A stretch of DNA of 64,000 nucleotides, from positions 62,530 to 126,529 of the forward strand of contig CAURNU010000003.1 of the NCBI GenBank assembly GCA_963526735.1, in the 5' to 3' direction. The notes beneath the pieces are model-generated. The model worked only from the letters and a program-made list of their open reading frames with translations. It made no database searches and was not told where the DNA came from. This document shows positions 44,022-52,685 of the stretch, one piece after another. The DNA comes from an uncultured Candidatus Saccharibacteria bacterium (GTDB taxonomy: Bacteria > Patescibacteriota > Saccharimonadia > Saccharimonadales > Saccharimonadaceae). How positions within the stretch are numbered: position 1 is the stretch's first letter; every line of letters begins with the position of its first letter. The translations under genes and the position numbers were made by a program.

Positions 44022-44786
44022 TCAGATAAGATTTTTAGCAAATAAGAGTTTGGTTGATAGCTTGGTTGGCTTGAGCTTTTGCAGGGCTAAAAAGACAATG
44101 AATAGCAAAACATTGAACGCCAGCAAGACCACTAGATTATAGAGTGGTGTTGGCCAGTTGAGCTGGATGGATTTGAGCGGGAGGCGGTTGAGGTAACAGT
44201 AATTCGTGCCGGCCAGATAATTAAAACCAATCATAATAAGATGAAAAGCGTTAGTGATAATGGCGATACGGCGAAGCGAATCAAGATTGAGTCGTGGGCT
44301 GGTTTTGACAAAATAAACCGCTGTCCATAATAACGCGATATGCCCGACAAAATACGAAATATAGCCCCAATGCGGGAAGAGGAACTGGTCAGGGTTGATG
44401 ATCAGTAATGCGATGATTCCACCGAAAATCCCCCAATAAATTGTAATCAGACGAGCGATTTTGTTGTTGGTGAGTAGACCAATAATCGCACAAAAAATCG
44501 CAATTCGGCAGTTGTAAAGTGGCAAGGCCTCAGCTAGATCAAAATGTTGACCAGCTGAAAAATGCCAAGCGTACATAATTGCCTGCTGTGCAAGTAGCGT
44601 GTAAGCTAGGATTTTTTTGAACTTCTCTTGTTTAAAAATTAAGTAGTAATCGCTGATAATAAACATACAGCCCAGCGTGGTCAGCGCCAGAAGCATCAGG
44701 TGCGTCTGATCAAAAGTTGCCATGCTAATCGCCCCATCGGGCTGATGACGAAAAAATTGCTGAAAAAAGCTGATTAATCCCACCAC
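44022..44786 (-). CDS. Multi-pass integral membrane protein (YwaF-like by topology)
   Basis: About 7 TM helices, starting 4 nt after the der stop. Confidence 0.5.
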   Translation of the reverse strand: MVGLISFFQQFFRHQPDGAISMATFDQTHLMLLALTTLGCMFIISDYYLIFKQEKFKKILAYTLLAQQAIMYAWHFSAGQHFDLAEALPLYNCRIAIFCAIIGLLTNNKIARLITIYWGIFGGIIALLIINPDQFLFPHWGYISYFVGHIALLWTAVYFVKTSPRLNLDSLRRIAIITNAFHLIMIGFNYLAGTNYCYLNRLPLKSIQLNWPTPLYNLVVLLAFNVLLFIVFLALQKLKPTKLSTKLLFAKNLI

Positions 44787-44789
44787 TGA

Positions 44790-46247
44790 TTATCTCCTTG
44801 GGGTTGAGCGTTTATTAGCGGTAGTGCGACGACTGCTGAGGCTAGTCGAGCGGGTTGATGACTGACGTTTGGTGGTTGGCTGGGCGGTTTTATCGGTTTT
44901 GGTGGTTTTGTCGAGGCCGGCTTCACGGTTCTTGGCGATTTGTTTTTCGTCACGGAAGGAGAATTTGATCGGTGTGCCAGTAAAATCAAAATTATCGCGC
45001 ACGGTACTATCGAGATAGCGCTTGTAGCTCCAATGTAGGAACTTGAGATTAGAACCATAAACCACAAACCAAGGCGGACTATTGTCGGTTTGAACCATGT
45101 AGCGGAGTTTTGGATAAGTATTTTTGAGACCAGCCGGTGGATGTTTGAGCTTAGCTTCGGTCAGGATTTGGTTGAGTTGACGAGTTGGAATAGTCTGTTG
45201 GCGACGTTTCATAATATCAAGCGTCAGGTCGAACAGCTTGGCGACGTTTTTGCCGGTGATGCTTGAGGTAAAAATCAGTGGCGCATAAGGCGTAAATTGA
45301 AAATCATGAGTAATTCGGCGCATAATGCGGTCTTTGGTTTCTTTTTCGGGAATTAAATCGCTCTTGGAAATTGCAATAATCAGTCCCCGACCGGCTTCAT
45401 CAATAATGCCAGCTAGTTTGTGGTCGAGCTGAGTGCTGTATTCGGTGCCGTCAATCACTAACACACAAATATCGGCCTCTTCGATAGCTTGTAGGGTACG
45501 TAAAACCGAAAACTTCTCGATGCCGACTTGTTGCTTGCCAGGTTTGCGGTAACCGGCGGTGTCGATAAATTCAATCGGTTGTTGATGATAATTGATGGTA
45601 ATGCGGTTAAGGTCACGGGTAGTGCCAGCGATGTTGGCTACGACGGCCTGCTGTTTGCCAGCTAAGGTATTAAACAAGAAACTTTTGCCAACATTAGGGC
45701 GACCGATCAGGGCAACTTTAGTCTTAGTGGTGGTTGGTTGGATTTTGACTTCAGGAATGAGTGATTCGAGGTGATTAGATAATTCGGCGATGCCAGAATT
45801 GTGATTGGCGGATGTATAAAAAATATCTTTAATGCCGAGTCTGAGCCACTCTTCGCGGGCGACGCTGGAGCGCAAGTCGGTTTTGTTGACGACCAGGACG
45901 ACGGGTTTGCGGTTTTTGAGGGCGGTTTTGGCGATTTGGCGGTCGTCTTGAGTTGGAAATAGCGTGCTATCGACTACGACCATAATTACGTCAGCGAGTT
46001 CGACAGCTTCAGCGATTTGGTCTTGGATGCTAGCTTCGAACTCATCAGCTGGATCTTTGAGGCCGGCGGTGTCGACTAACCAGCTAGTTTTTTGCCCAAA
46101 TTTAACCTGCGCCAAGACGTTGTCTCGGGTGGTGCCGGCTTCTTTAGCGACGATAGCTTGCCGACTACCGACCAGTCGATTGAATAGCGAGCTTTTGCCA
46201 ACATTGGCTTGGCCGATAATAGCGATATTAGGTAATGATTTTTTCAT
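44790..46247 (-). CDS. der: Ribosome-biogenesis GTPase Der (EngA)
   Basis: Two tandem GTPase domains (IIGQANVGKSSLFN and LIGRPNVGKSFLFN, each with DTAG and NK.D), a KH-like domain, and a basic C-terminal tail. Confidence 0.95.
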   Translation of the reverse strand: MKKSLPNIAIIGQANVGKSSLFNRLVGSRQAIVAKEAGTTRDNVLAQVKFGQKTSWLVDTAGLKDPADEFEASIQDQIAEAVELADVIMVVVDSTLFPTQDDRQIAKTALKNRKPVVLVVNKTDLRSSVAREEWLRLGIKDIFYTSANHNSGIAELSNHLESLIPEVKIQPTTTKTKVALIGRPNVGKSFLFNTLAGKQQAVVANIAGTTRDLNRITINYHQQPIEFIDTAGYRKPGKQQVGIEKFSVLRTLQAIEEADICVLVIDGTEYSTQLDHKLAGIIDEAGRGLIIAISKSDLIPEKETKDRIMRRITHDFQFTPYAPLIFTSSITGKNVAKLFDLTLDIMKRRQQTIPTRQLNQILTEAKLKHPPAGLKNTYPKLRYMVQTDNSPPWFVVYGSNLKFLHWSYKRYLDSTVRDNFDFTGTPIKFSFRDEKQIAKNREAGLDKTTKTDKTAQPTTKRQSSTRSTSLSSRRTTANKRSTPRR

Positions 46248-46392
46248 AGATTAACTCTTGCATATTATAACATATGCAAGCATAACCTCAAAACTGTGTT
46301 TTGATTGAAGTTAGCTTGTTAAAGAATAGGGGTTTTGGTTTGTAACCGCAACTGTCTTGATGCTTAAATTGTATCAAACATGAGCATATTTG

Positions 46393-47313
46393 TCAAGATT
46401 CTTTTTTAACTAGCTCATCAAACACTCCATTCTTATATTTATCCCAGACCTCTGTCAAAATCCCATCCAATCCATGCAAATACCTGTCCGTCACGGCAGG
46501 GTTTGAGTGGCGCATCAACTTCTGAATCTCATCAATTCCAGCTCCGTGCTTCTGTAAATCAGTCGCAAAGCTATGTCGCAATTCATGAAATTGGAAATTC
46601 GGGTAGCCAGCTTTCTCAAATTCTCTCTTGACGATTCTCACGATCCTAGCAGATGCTATCTTAAGAGAGTCACATTCTTTGAATAAGGTTTTTTGACATT
46701 TCTTTTTAATAGCATATTGCTGGATGAAATTAGCTGTGGTCTCAGAGATATATACAAACCCCAGTTTGCGACCCTTGCCAATAGTTTTGATTACTCGACC
46801 ACAAATATCTTCAATCTGAATGTTAGCCACCTCAGCTATTCGGAGTCCGGTTTCAAATGCAATCATTATCGCGATTTTTGCTTCAATGCTTTGACATTGT
46901 TTGACGACATCGAGAATTTGTTTTCGATTATAAAATTTTCGTCGCACTGGCTCGCTAGCTGTTAGCGCTACATAAGGGAATCTAATTTTAGTTCCGATTT
47001 GTGTTCCGTCAAGCCACCTCAAAAATGCCATGATTTGAATTTTGGTTGATATTAAGCCATTCGGACTCAGCTTCTTGTAGCCCTTTAATTCACTTGTTAA
47101 TCGTAGCCTTGTCCAATCATTGATTACGTTCTCATCAATTTCTCTAAAGTCATCAATCTCCATATGATAAATAAATAATTCTATCGTGGATTTTTTACAT
47201 TTAATAGAACATTCTGTCATATTTCTTACATCCTTGCACCAATCAAGGTACTCAGCCAATTGTTGCTCTGCCGGTGTCATTACGGCTACGTTGTTATTTT
47301 TCATTCCTTTCAT
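46393..47313 (-). CDS. Xer-like tyrosine recombinase (prophage integrase and/or invertase)
   Basis: TGLRIAEV (Arg I), HELRHSFAT (H-x-x-R), MRHSNPAVTDRYLH (His and the catalytic Tyr). An N-terminal SAM-like domain is present but no arm-binding domain. ATG 47313 follows GGAAGGAG. Confidence 0.85.
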   Translation of the reverse strand: MKGMKNNNVAVMTPAEQQLAEYLDWCKDVRNMTECSIKCKKSTIELFIYHMEIDDFREIDENVINDWTRLRLTSELKGYKKLSPNGLISTKIQIMAFLRWLDGTQIGTKIRFPYVALTASEPVRRKFYNRKQILDVVKQCQSIEAKIAIMIAFETGLRIAEVANIQIEDICGRVIKTIGKGRKLGFVYISETTANFIQQYAIKKKCQKTLFKECDSLKIASARIVRIVKREFEKAGYPNFQFHELRHSFATDLQKHGAGIDEIQKLMRHSNPAVTDRYLHGLDGILTEVWDKYKNGVFDELVKKES

Positions 47314-47592
47314 GTAGTCTCCTTCCGCTCTATATAGATTCATTACATAGATTTTAATTTTATTAAAATATCTATACAGAACCATTTTTAGTATTTTTAA
47401 ATATTAAAAAGTCATTTTGAGGCACGCAATGTCGTTTTTTGGATGCAATTGCGAGCGGTTAATTTGTATTTTAATAACATTTATTTTTTAATATTTTACA
47501 AATAAGCATTTTTATTATTTTGTATTTTGCTATGAGCGCAGAAAATCCCGATCAAGCTAATGCTTATCGGTTGTTTCTATTACAATCTTAAT

Positions 47593-48006
47593 TTAAGTTA
47601 ACTTATTAAACCTCTCTTTCCCCATGATTTGGTCTTTCATCGTTTGATAGCGTTTACCTTTTGCGGTCTGAACAAAGCTCATCCACTCCAGCCGTTCAGC
47701 TTTTTTCTTGGCTGCCGCAACAGCCTCACGCGCCTTTGCCTTAAGTTGGTTGATCATTTTGCGCATAATTGCTAAAGTTGTTTCGATCTTTGACTTACTC
47801 CATATCTTTGAAAAAAATCGCTTCGGATCCTTCTTTGTTTTAGCAATCTTCACTGAAAGTGCAAATTCTTCCTCGTAATTCTTTTGTCGATTACGGAACA
47901 TTGGTAAATAATTTACATTATCGATTAATTCCATGGCGTCGCCTAGTAACTTACTCATGATTTTAATTCGGCGTTGCCAAAAAACATCAACTTGTTCAGT
48001 TTGCAT
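47593..48006 (-). CDS. Hypothetical prophage protein
   Basis: A 137-aa basic helical protein. No HTH recognised. Confidence 0.45.
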   Translation of the reverse strand: MQTEQVDVFWQRRIKIMSKLLGDAMELIDNVNYLPMFRNRQKNYEEEFALSVKIAKTKKDPKRFFSKIWSKSKIETTLAIMRKMINQLKAKAREAVAAAKKKAERLEWMSFVQTAKGKRYQTMKDQIMGKERFNKLT

Positions 48007-48204
48007 CTATTTTCCATATCTTTCCCTGTGAGTTTATTTAATTAATATTCTGGAGCAAAACAAAAAAGCCCCAATTAAGTGGTTGTCTAGGCCACTTAAA
48101 TGAGACTTTAGTGCTGTTTCAAATTGTAATGTTGTAATTATAGCAAATCGCTTGAGTTTTGTCAATTCTCGCCTTGCCAGACTATAGGCGATTACGATTA
48201 AAGC

Positions 48205-48549
48205 ATGAAAACTATCTTAAATCGCATCGCTGTCTGGTTGCCCAAACCAATTGACGAGTTAACAGTTAATATTACACCAGCTGGTCTTATTTACTATAAG
48301 GATGATATTGTGAAGACTTCTGATCGTATAACATATCGTTACGCTAAAAACTTCTCAGTTGAAAAAGACCAAAGCTTACTTAAGTTTTGCTTATTCTTCA
48401 CAACTTTTTCCGACGATAAGGAAGCTGCTGAATTCACACTCAATCTAATCGCTAGCACACTAACCTATGATTATGTCAGCAATTTTCTAACGAATAATAT
48501 CGCCGGTGAATTTAAATACTTAAAACACTACTTTACGGAGGATAAATAA
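48205..48549 (+). CDS. Hypothetical prophage protein, co-transcribed with the tail-fibre-like gene
   Basis: Its stop overlaps the start of the next gene (TAATG). Confidence 0.45.
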   Translation: MKTILNRIAVWLPKPIDELTVNITPAGLIYYKDDIVKTSDRITYRYAKNFSVEKDQSLLKFCLFFTTFSDDKEAAEFTLNLIASTLTYDYVSNFLTNNIAGEFKYLKHYFTEDK

Positions 48550-49073
48550 TGCCATTGCCAAATCCCAACTTAGAGTTTGTGCCACTCGATAAGCTCACAG
48601 CTGCTCAACTTAATCAGCTTGTCGCTAATATCATCGCCCTCGCTGACGGCACTGGACTTAACAACAAAAGCGTTAGTGCTAGTAAATTAGCAGATAATAT
48701 TATGAAGCCAGCTTCTATTTATAAATTTGATGATTTCGCCTATAATTCAGCTGAGTTCGGCGATGCTCCAGGAGGAGTTGGCCCATCAGTTGAAATCGAC
48801 GTACCGACATCAGGAGCAGTTTTAGTGTTAATCTCTTGTGGTAGCTATGGTAGTGGCAATGCTAAAATGGTTGGATTTGCTGCTACTGGGGCGAACTCGA
48901 TCAATCCAGACCAAAATGTTGCAACGCGCAATGACGGTGCAACCGCCGTGATTACTTCGTGTCATGAGTTGTTAACTGGATTAAATCCTGGAAAAACAAC
49001 CTTTACACTAAAATACCGTGGATTAAACGCTCGGTTCTTCTCTCGAAAAATAACCGTAATACCACTAATTTAG
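48549..49073 (+). CDS. Tail fibre / receptor-binding protein-like (constant N-terminus plus variable C-terminus, current orientation)
   Basis: The N-terminus PLPNPNLEFVPLDKLTAAQLNQLVANI resembles the conserved tail-fibre N-terminal motif (..L.A..LN....N). The C-terminus is beta-rich. The left inverted repeat lies in codons 45-52. Confidence 0.55.
   Translation: MPLPNPNLEFVPLDKLTAAQLNQLVANIIALADGTGLNNKSVSASKLADNIMKPASIYKFDDFAYNSAEFGDAPGGVGPSVEIDVPTSGAVLVLISCGSYGSGNAKMVGFAATGANSINPDQNVATRNDGATAVITSCHELLTGLNPGKTTFTLKYRGLNARFFSRKITVIPLI
48682..48703 (+). repeat. Left inverted repeat of the invertible segment
   Basis: GTAAATTAGCAGATAATATTAT. Its exact reverse complement is at 49402-49423. Confidence 0.9.
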
Positions 49074-49445
49074 TTAAACTGCTTTGAATACAATACCACT
49101 CAATGACACGAAACCAGTGCTTGGGTTGTAGGCCGATGACACTTGAACTGACCCATTTGGTAGAACGTCGACACGGCCGACCGTACCTCCATTAGGAGCT
49201 GCGAAAATAACGTTGCCAGCTGGTCGATAGCCCTCTGGTAATGTGAAAATCGGTCGTTCAGTAGCGTTGCTAGCGCTGTTCGCTGCAAGTCCAACAAGAT
49301 AGACATTACCAAATATATCTTTAGCGTATTGACACTTATGGTACACTCCACCATAGTTACGAAAACCATTTTCAAAAGTAACGTCTTTCCATTCCAATTT
49401 AATAATATTATCTGCTAATTTACGAGCATAATCGCTTAAATTATC
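49074..49445 (-). CDS. Promoterless, start-less alternative tail-fibre C-terminal cassette
   Basis: The frame is open from 49445 and reads DNLSDYARKLADNIIKLEWKDVTFENGFRNYGG...TLPEGYRP. It has no ATG; the track start is TTG 49397. The C-terminal pattern is typical of tail-fibre tip domains. Confidence 0.55.
   Translation of the reverse strand, partial: DNLSDYARKLADNIIKLEWKDVTFENGFRNYGGVYHKCQYAKDIFGNVYLVGLAANSASNATERPIFTLPEGYRPAGNVIFAAPNGGTVGRVDVLPNGSVQVSSAYNPSTGFVSLSGIVFKAV
49402..49423 (-). repeat. Right inverted repeat of the invertible segment
   Basis: ATAATATTATCTGCTAATTTAC on the + strand, which is the reverse complement of 48682-48703. Confidence 0.9.
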
Positions 49446-49781
49446 CTATTCATGCCACACCACCTCAAATTATAATGAAAAAGTAGTTGGCAAAGTATAG
49501 GTTTTTTGCTAGACTATTGGCGCGAAAAAAACAAAAGTAATTTTCGTGAAATAATTGAAAGGGCGACATTGTTTACTTAAATTTGCCCGGTGAAGCGTAA
49601 TGCTAAATCAACAAGTCGTTACGATAACTTCGCCGGGCTGGCCAGGGTAAATAAAATAGACCTCATCTTACAACTTGATGACGTCTATTATAGCGAACCT
49701 CATTTTAGAGCTTAATGATGTTCGCGCTCGTGGCAATTAGCCTGATAATCTAATTATACAGGTTTTTTAGAATATCTCAAT

Positions 49782-51074
49782 TTAGTAGCTCACCTTTTCA
49801 ATATCTTTAGTATTCATTGCTGCCCACACCTGTCCTCGAGCCGACAATACTGCTCGTTCACCAGTTACTTCAGTGATAGTGTAAGTTGCGTCATATTGTG
49901 CTAAATTAGATCCATAATAATCAATTAGTCTAATCGGCTTAACTACATCACCCACACTAAGTTGAGTTGGCTGTAGTGCTGGCTGGTTGTTAATTAATAT
50001 CTCACCAACCTTACGCTGAACTACTTCATAATCATACCCAGCTTCAGTCAGTCTGCGTTTTCGTTCGTCGCCATTTCCCCAATTACCACGGATAACCTGC
50101 CGAGCTATTTCATCAACTGATAATGTTGGAGCTGGTGCTGGAGCAGGAGCTGACTTTGGAGCTTCTGGTGCAACCATTCCAGCTGGTTTGCAATAAGTTG
50201 CTCCAACGGCTTCCAGATTAAGGTAATGAGTTGAAACTCTTAACGGTGTCCAGTTAGCATCATTGACGATATTTTTATCTGGATCAACTACTGCACCAGT
50301 ATGACCGAACTGGCCACTGTCATAGCCGAAAATCGCACCAGCTTCCTTGCCACACCTGACGAATCCAAACTTATTGACCAAATAATCAACCATTTGATTT
50401 CCATTGACTGGTCCGTAATCTGGATGCGGTGCATGGTTCATTCGAATACCAGTCGCCAAGTAGTAAGCATATTTAGAACATTGCCAGCCTTTACCGCCAT
50501 CATTATCTCCATCAGCTAAACGGCGTGATAATGGATTAATGCTTGCGCCTCGACCACTGATAACTTCCTCAACTTGTTTTTTCTCTGGTTCGGCTTGTTT
50601 GTCGGTTTGATGATCGTTAGTTGTCCATTTTGGAGTAATAGCATCAATAATTGCTTGAGTCACACTACCAGCTTGTTTAGTGAGGTTATCATAATCAGCT
50701 TTAGTTGCATCAACCTCGACTTTAGTATTTTTCAGATTAACAAAATTCTTAATATTATTAAAAGCGTTTGTCAAATACCAAACGCAACCACCAATGATTG
50801 CTGCCGTTAGTGCTGGTAGAGACATCTCGCCCAAGGCACTCAAATTAGCACCAACTAAATTGCCATACCATTCAACCAGTTTCATAATGATTACAAAACC
50901 AACAATGCCGATTGACATCACCACTGCTTTCATCAGGTCTTGAAACATTTTCTTCCATGACCATTTTAAGTCTGGTGTGAACAATACTTTTGCTACACCA
51001 ATAATTAAGTCGATGAGATAAGCTCCTCCCAAAATCCCAACGCCAATTGCTGCTGTTATGATTTGATTTAACAT
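49782..51074 (-). CDS. Membrane-anchored endolysin: N-terminal multi-TM (holin-like) region, CHAP, CW_7-like and C-terminal binding domain
   Basis: About 4 TM helices in residues 1-115. CHAP Cys (GWQCSKYAYY) and His (FGHTGAVV), an Ala/Pro linker, and a CW_7-like motif (IARQVIRGNWGNGDERKRRLTEAGYDYEVVQRKV). Confidence 0.75.
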   Translation of the reverse strand: MLNQIITAAIGVGILGGAYLIDLIIGVAKVLFTPDLKWSWKKMFQDLMKAVVMSIGIVGFVIIMKLVEWYGNLVGANLSALGEMSLPALTAAIIGGCVWYLTNAFNNIKNFVNLKNTKVEVDATKADYDNLTKQAGSVTQAIIDAITPKWTTNDHQTDKQAEPEKKQVEEVISGRGASINPLSRRLADGDNDGGKGWQCSKYAYYLATGIRMNHAPHPDYGPVNGNQMVDYLVNKFGFVRCGKEAGAIFGYDSGQFGHTGAVVDPDKNIVNDANWTPLRVSTHYLNLEAVGATYCKPAGMVAPEAPKSAPAPAPAPTLSVDEIARQVIRGNWGNGDERKRRLTEAGYDYEVVQRKVGEILINNQPALQPTQLSVGDVVKPIRLIDYYGSNLAQYDATYTITEVTGERAVLSARGQVWAAMNTKDIEKVSY

Positions 51075-51090
51075 AATAACTCCTTTTGAT

Positions 51091-51372
51091 TTATTTCATA
51101 CCGCCTCGAAAGACGAAAGCTATAATTCCACTGATGATTGAAGTAATTACTGCTAAAGTGATCTTAGCTTGGCTTTGTTCGCCTTTTTCAACCCGGTCAC
51201 TTAAATTTTCTATAGTGACGCTCATGGCTGCTATCTCTTTTCCGAAGTCAGTTAACAGATCTAACTTATTGTTAGTTTTGTCTTGTGCCTCCTTAACACT
51301 TTGAAGCATTGCTCGTAGCTCGGCTACTTCACTTGCTAGTGTTACGTTGCGACATTTACTATTGTTAGTCAT
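51091..51372 (-). CDS. XhlA-like lysis accessory protein
   Basis: A 93-aa protein with an N-terminal coiled coil and one C-terminal TM (LAVITSIISGIIAFVF), immediately upstream of the lysin. Confidence 0.55.
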   Translation of the reverse strand: MTNNSKCRNVTLASEVAELRAMLQSVKEAQDKTNNKLDLLTDFGKEIAAMSVTIENLSDRVEKGEQSQAKITLAVITSIISGIIAFVFRGGMK

Positions 51373-51405
51373 ACTTTAATCATGAGCGCTAGTAGTCTGG
51401 CGAGG

Positions 51406-51798
51406 CTAAACTGGCAACGCACTAAAAACCATTTTCGCTTCAATGTTTAATTCTGGCAGAGGTCGGTTAGAATTAGATCCACCGTACACAAAAACATAAA
51501 TTTCTAACAAGTATTGGCTTATGTCAACTCTTCGTAAATAAGCATAAAGATCTACGTCACCTATTTCTTCACCAGTTGTATATATCATGCTTAAATTACC
51601 AACTAGCCAATCGTTCATTAAGTTATGCCTAACAATCATATCGCTGATATAATACCCTTGCGGAACAATAATAGATGGCGATCTAAATACTTGTTGGCTA
51701 TAAACAACCTGCGAGGGGATTCGTATACTAGCCGTAGCTTTATGTGCCTGAAAACTCGCATCATAATCCGAGTTTTTCATAAACCGATTAACTTTCAT
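51406..51798 (-). CDS. Hypothetical tail-distal protein
   Basis: The internal ATG 51798 (MKVNRF...) is preferred because the longer track ORF overlaps the upstream gene by 89 nt. Confidence 0.4.
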   Translation of the reverse strand: MKVNRFMKNSDYDASFQAHKATASIRIPSQVVYSQQVFRSPSIIVPQGYYISDMIVRHNLMNDWLVGNLSMIYTTGEEIGDVDLYAYLRRVDISQYLLEIYVFVYGGSNSNRPLPELNIEAKMVFSALPV

Positions 51799-52426
51799 AA
51801 CTATCTCCAAATAGAAAATAATAAATTGGCTTTTTGGCGAGCTGATCACGATTAATAATCCTGACGGATGTTTCACTGATAATCACATCTAGCGAACCTT
51901 GCCCATCATCACCGCTAAAAACCCAAAAAATAGGGATATAGCCCAAATTATGAACAATCGTTCCACCTGCTGACGGTAATGTCCCTGATTCAATTAGCTT
52001 ATTATACTTATTATCAGAATTAAACTTAAAATTCCCTTTTGTATCAAAAACACTCACATCTCCGTTGTAATCTGGAGGAACTAAGCAAATTATCTTCACG
52101 CACATCCAGACGTTAGTTGGTGGATCTATGTTATTAATGCCGATAAGGTGGATTTGACGTTCGTCGGCATAACATTCTATGGCTATTTCTGGCATATTAC
52201 CAAAACGCATTTTTGAATAAACTTCTAAATCATTTGACCAGTTAAAATTAATATCATCCGACCAGATACCTCTCATTAACGGAACGAAAGGTAATCCGTG
52301 ATCAAAATGCAACTCTCGATCATCCCATCTATCACCTCGCATTAAAAACTTCTTCTCAAACACCTTTGCGACATACACCTCGGGATGGTCGCTGTTGTAT
52401 ATAAAGCGCTTGACTTTATTAGCCAT
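51788..52426 (-). CDS. Hypothetical tail-distal / baseplate-region protein
   Basis: Assigned by its position in the tail module and its overlapping junctions. Confidence 0.45.
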   Translation of the reverse strand: MANKVKRFIYNSDHPEVYVAKVFEKKFLMRGDRWDDRELHFDHGLPFVPLMRGIWSDDINFNWSNDLEVYSKMRFGNMPEIAIECYADERQIHLIGINNIDPPTNVWMCVKIICLVPPDYNGDVSVFDTKGNFKFNSDNKYNKLIESGTLPSAGGTIVHNLGYIPIFWVFSGDDGQGSLDVIISETSVRIINRDQLAKKPIYYFLFGDSYES

Positions 52427-52685
52427 TGTTTAGTTCCTCGATCACATCCACACCAGGATCGCTGATCGCCTCGATAACATGTCCATCTTTTGGGTGAGCG
52501 CCAATTAATACTCGACGAGTGCCATCAGCCTCGCTATAGATAAACCCCTGTGAATTAATTCGCGTTAACACTTTGCCTTCCTTGCGAATCACCATCTCGC
52601 CGGTGTTTTGATTTAATTCGATATTACCATTAAGCGTCGATATGACTTTATTGCCTTGAAATTCAACATTTTTTTCAATTTTCAT
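52419..52685 (-). CDS. Hypothetical small tail-module protein
   Basis: Overlapping junctions on both sides. Confidence 0.45.
   Translation of the reverse strand: MKIEKNVEFQGNKVISTLNGNIELNQNTGEMVIRKEGKVLTRINSQGFIYSEADGTRRVLIGAHPKDGHVIEAISDPGVDVIEELNNG

Larger units (their letters stand above)
48682..49423. other. Putative invertible DNA segment (tail-fibre C-terminus switch), 742 bp
   Basis: It is flanked by 22-bp perfect inverted repeats and contains two tail-to-tail coding segments that meet at 49073/49074. Both repeat copies are in frame with the flanking coding sequence. Confidence 0.65.

Noticed and set aside
44774-45067. A 97-aa ORF overlapping the 3' end of der in another frame.
   Set aside because: It is an alternative frame of the der basic-tail region. 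The Pro/Ser/Lys-rich product merely reflects the composition of der.
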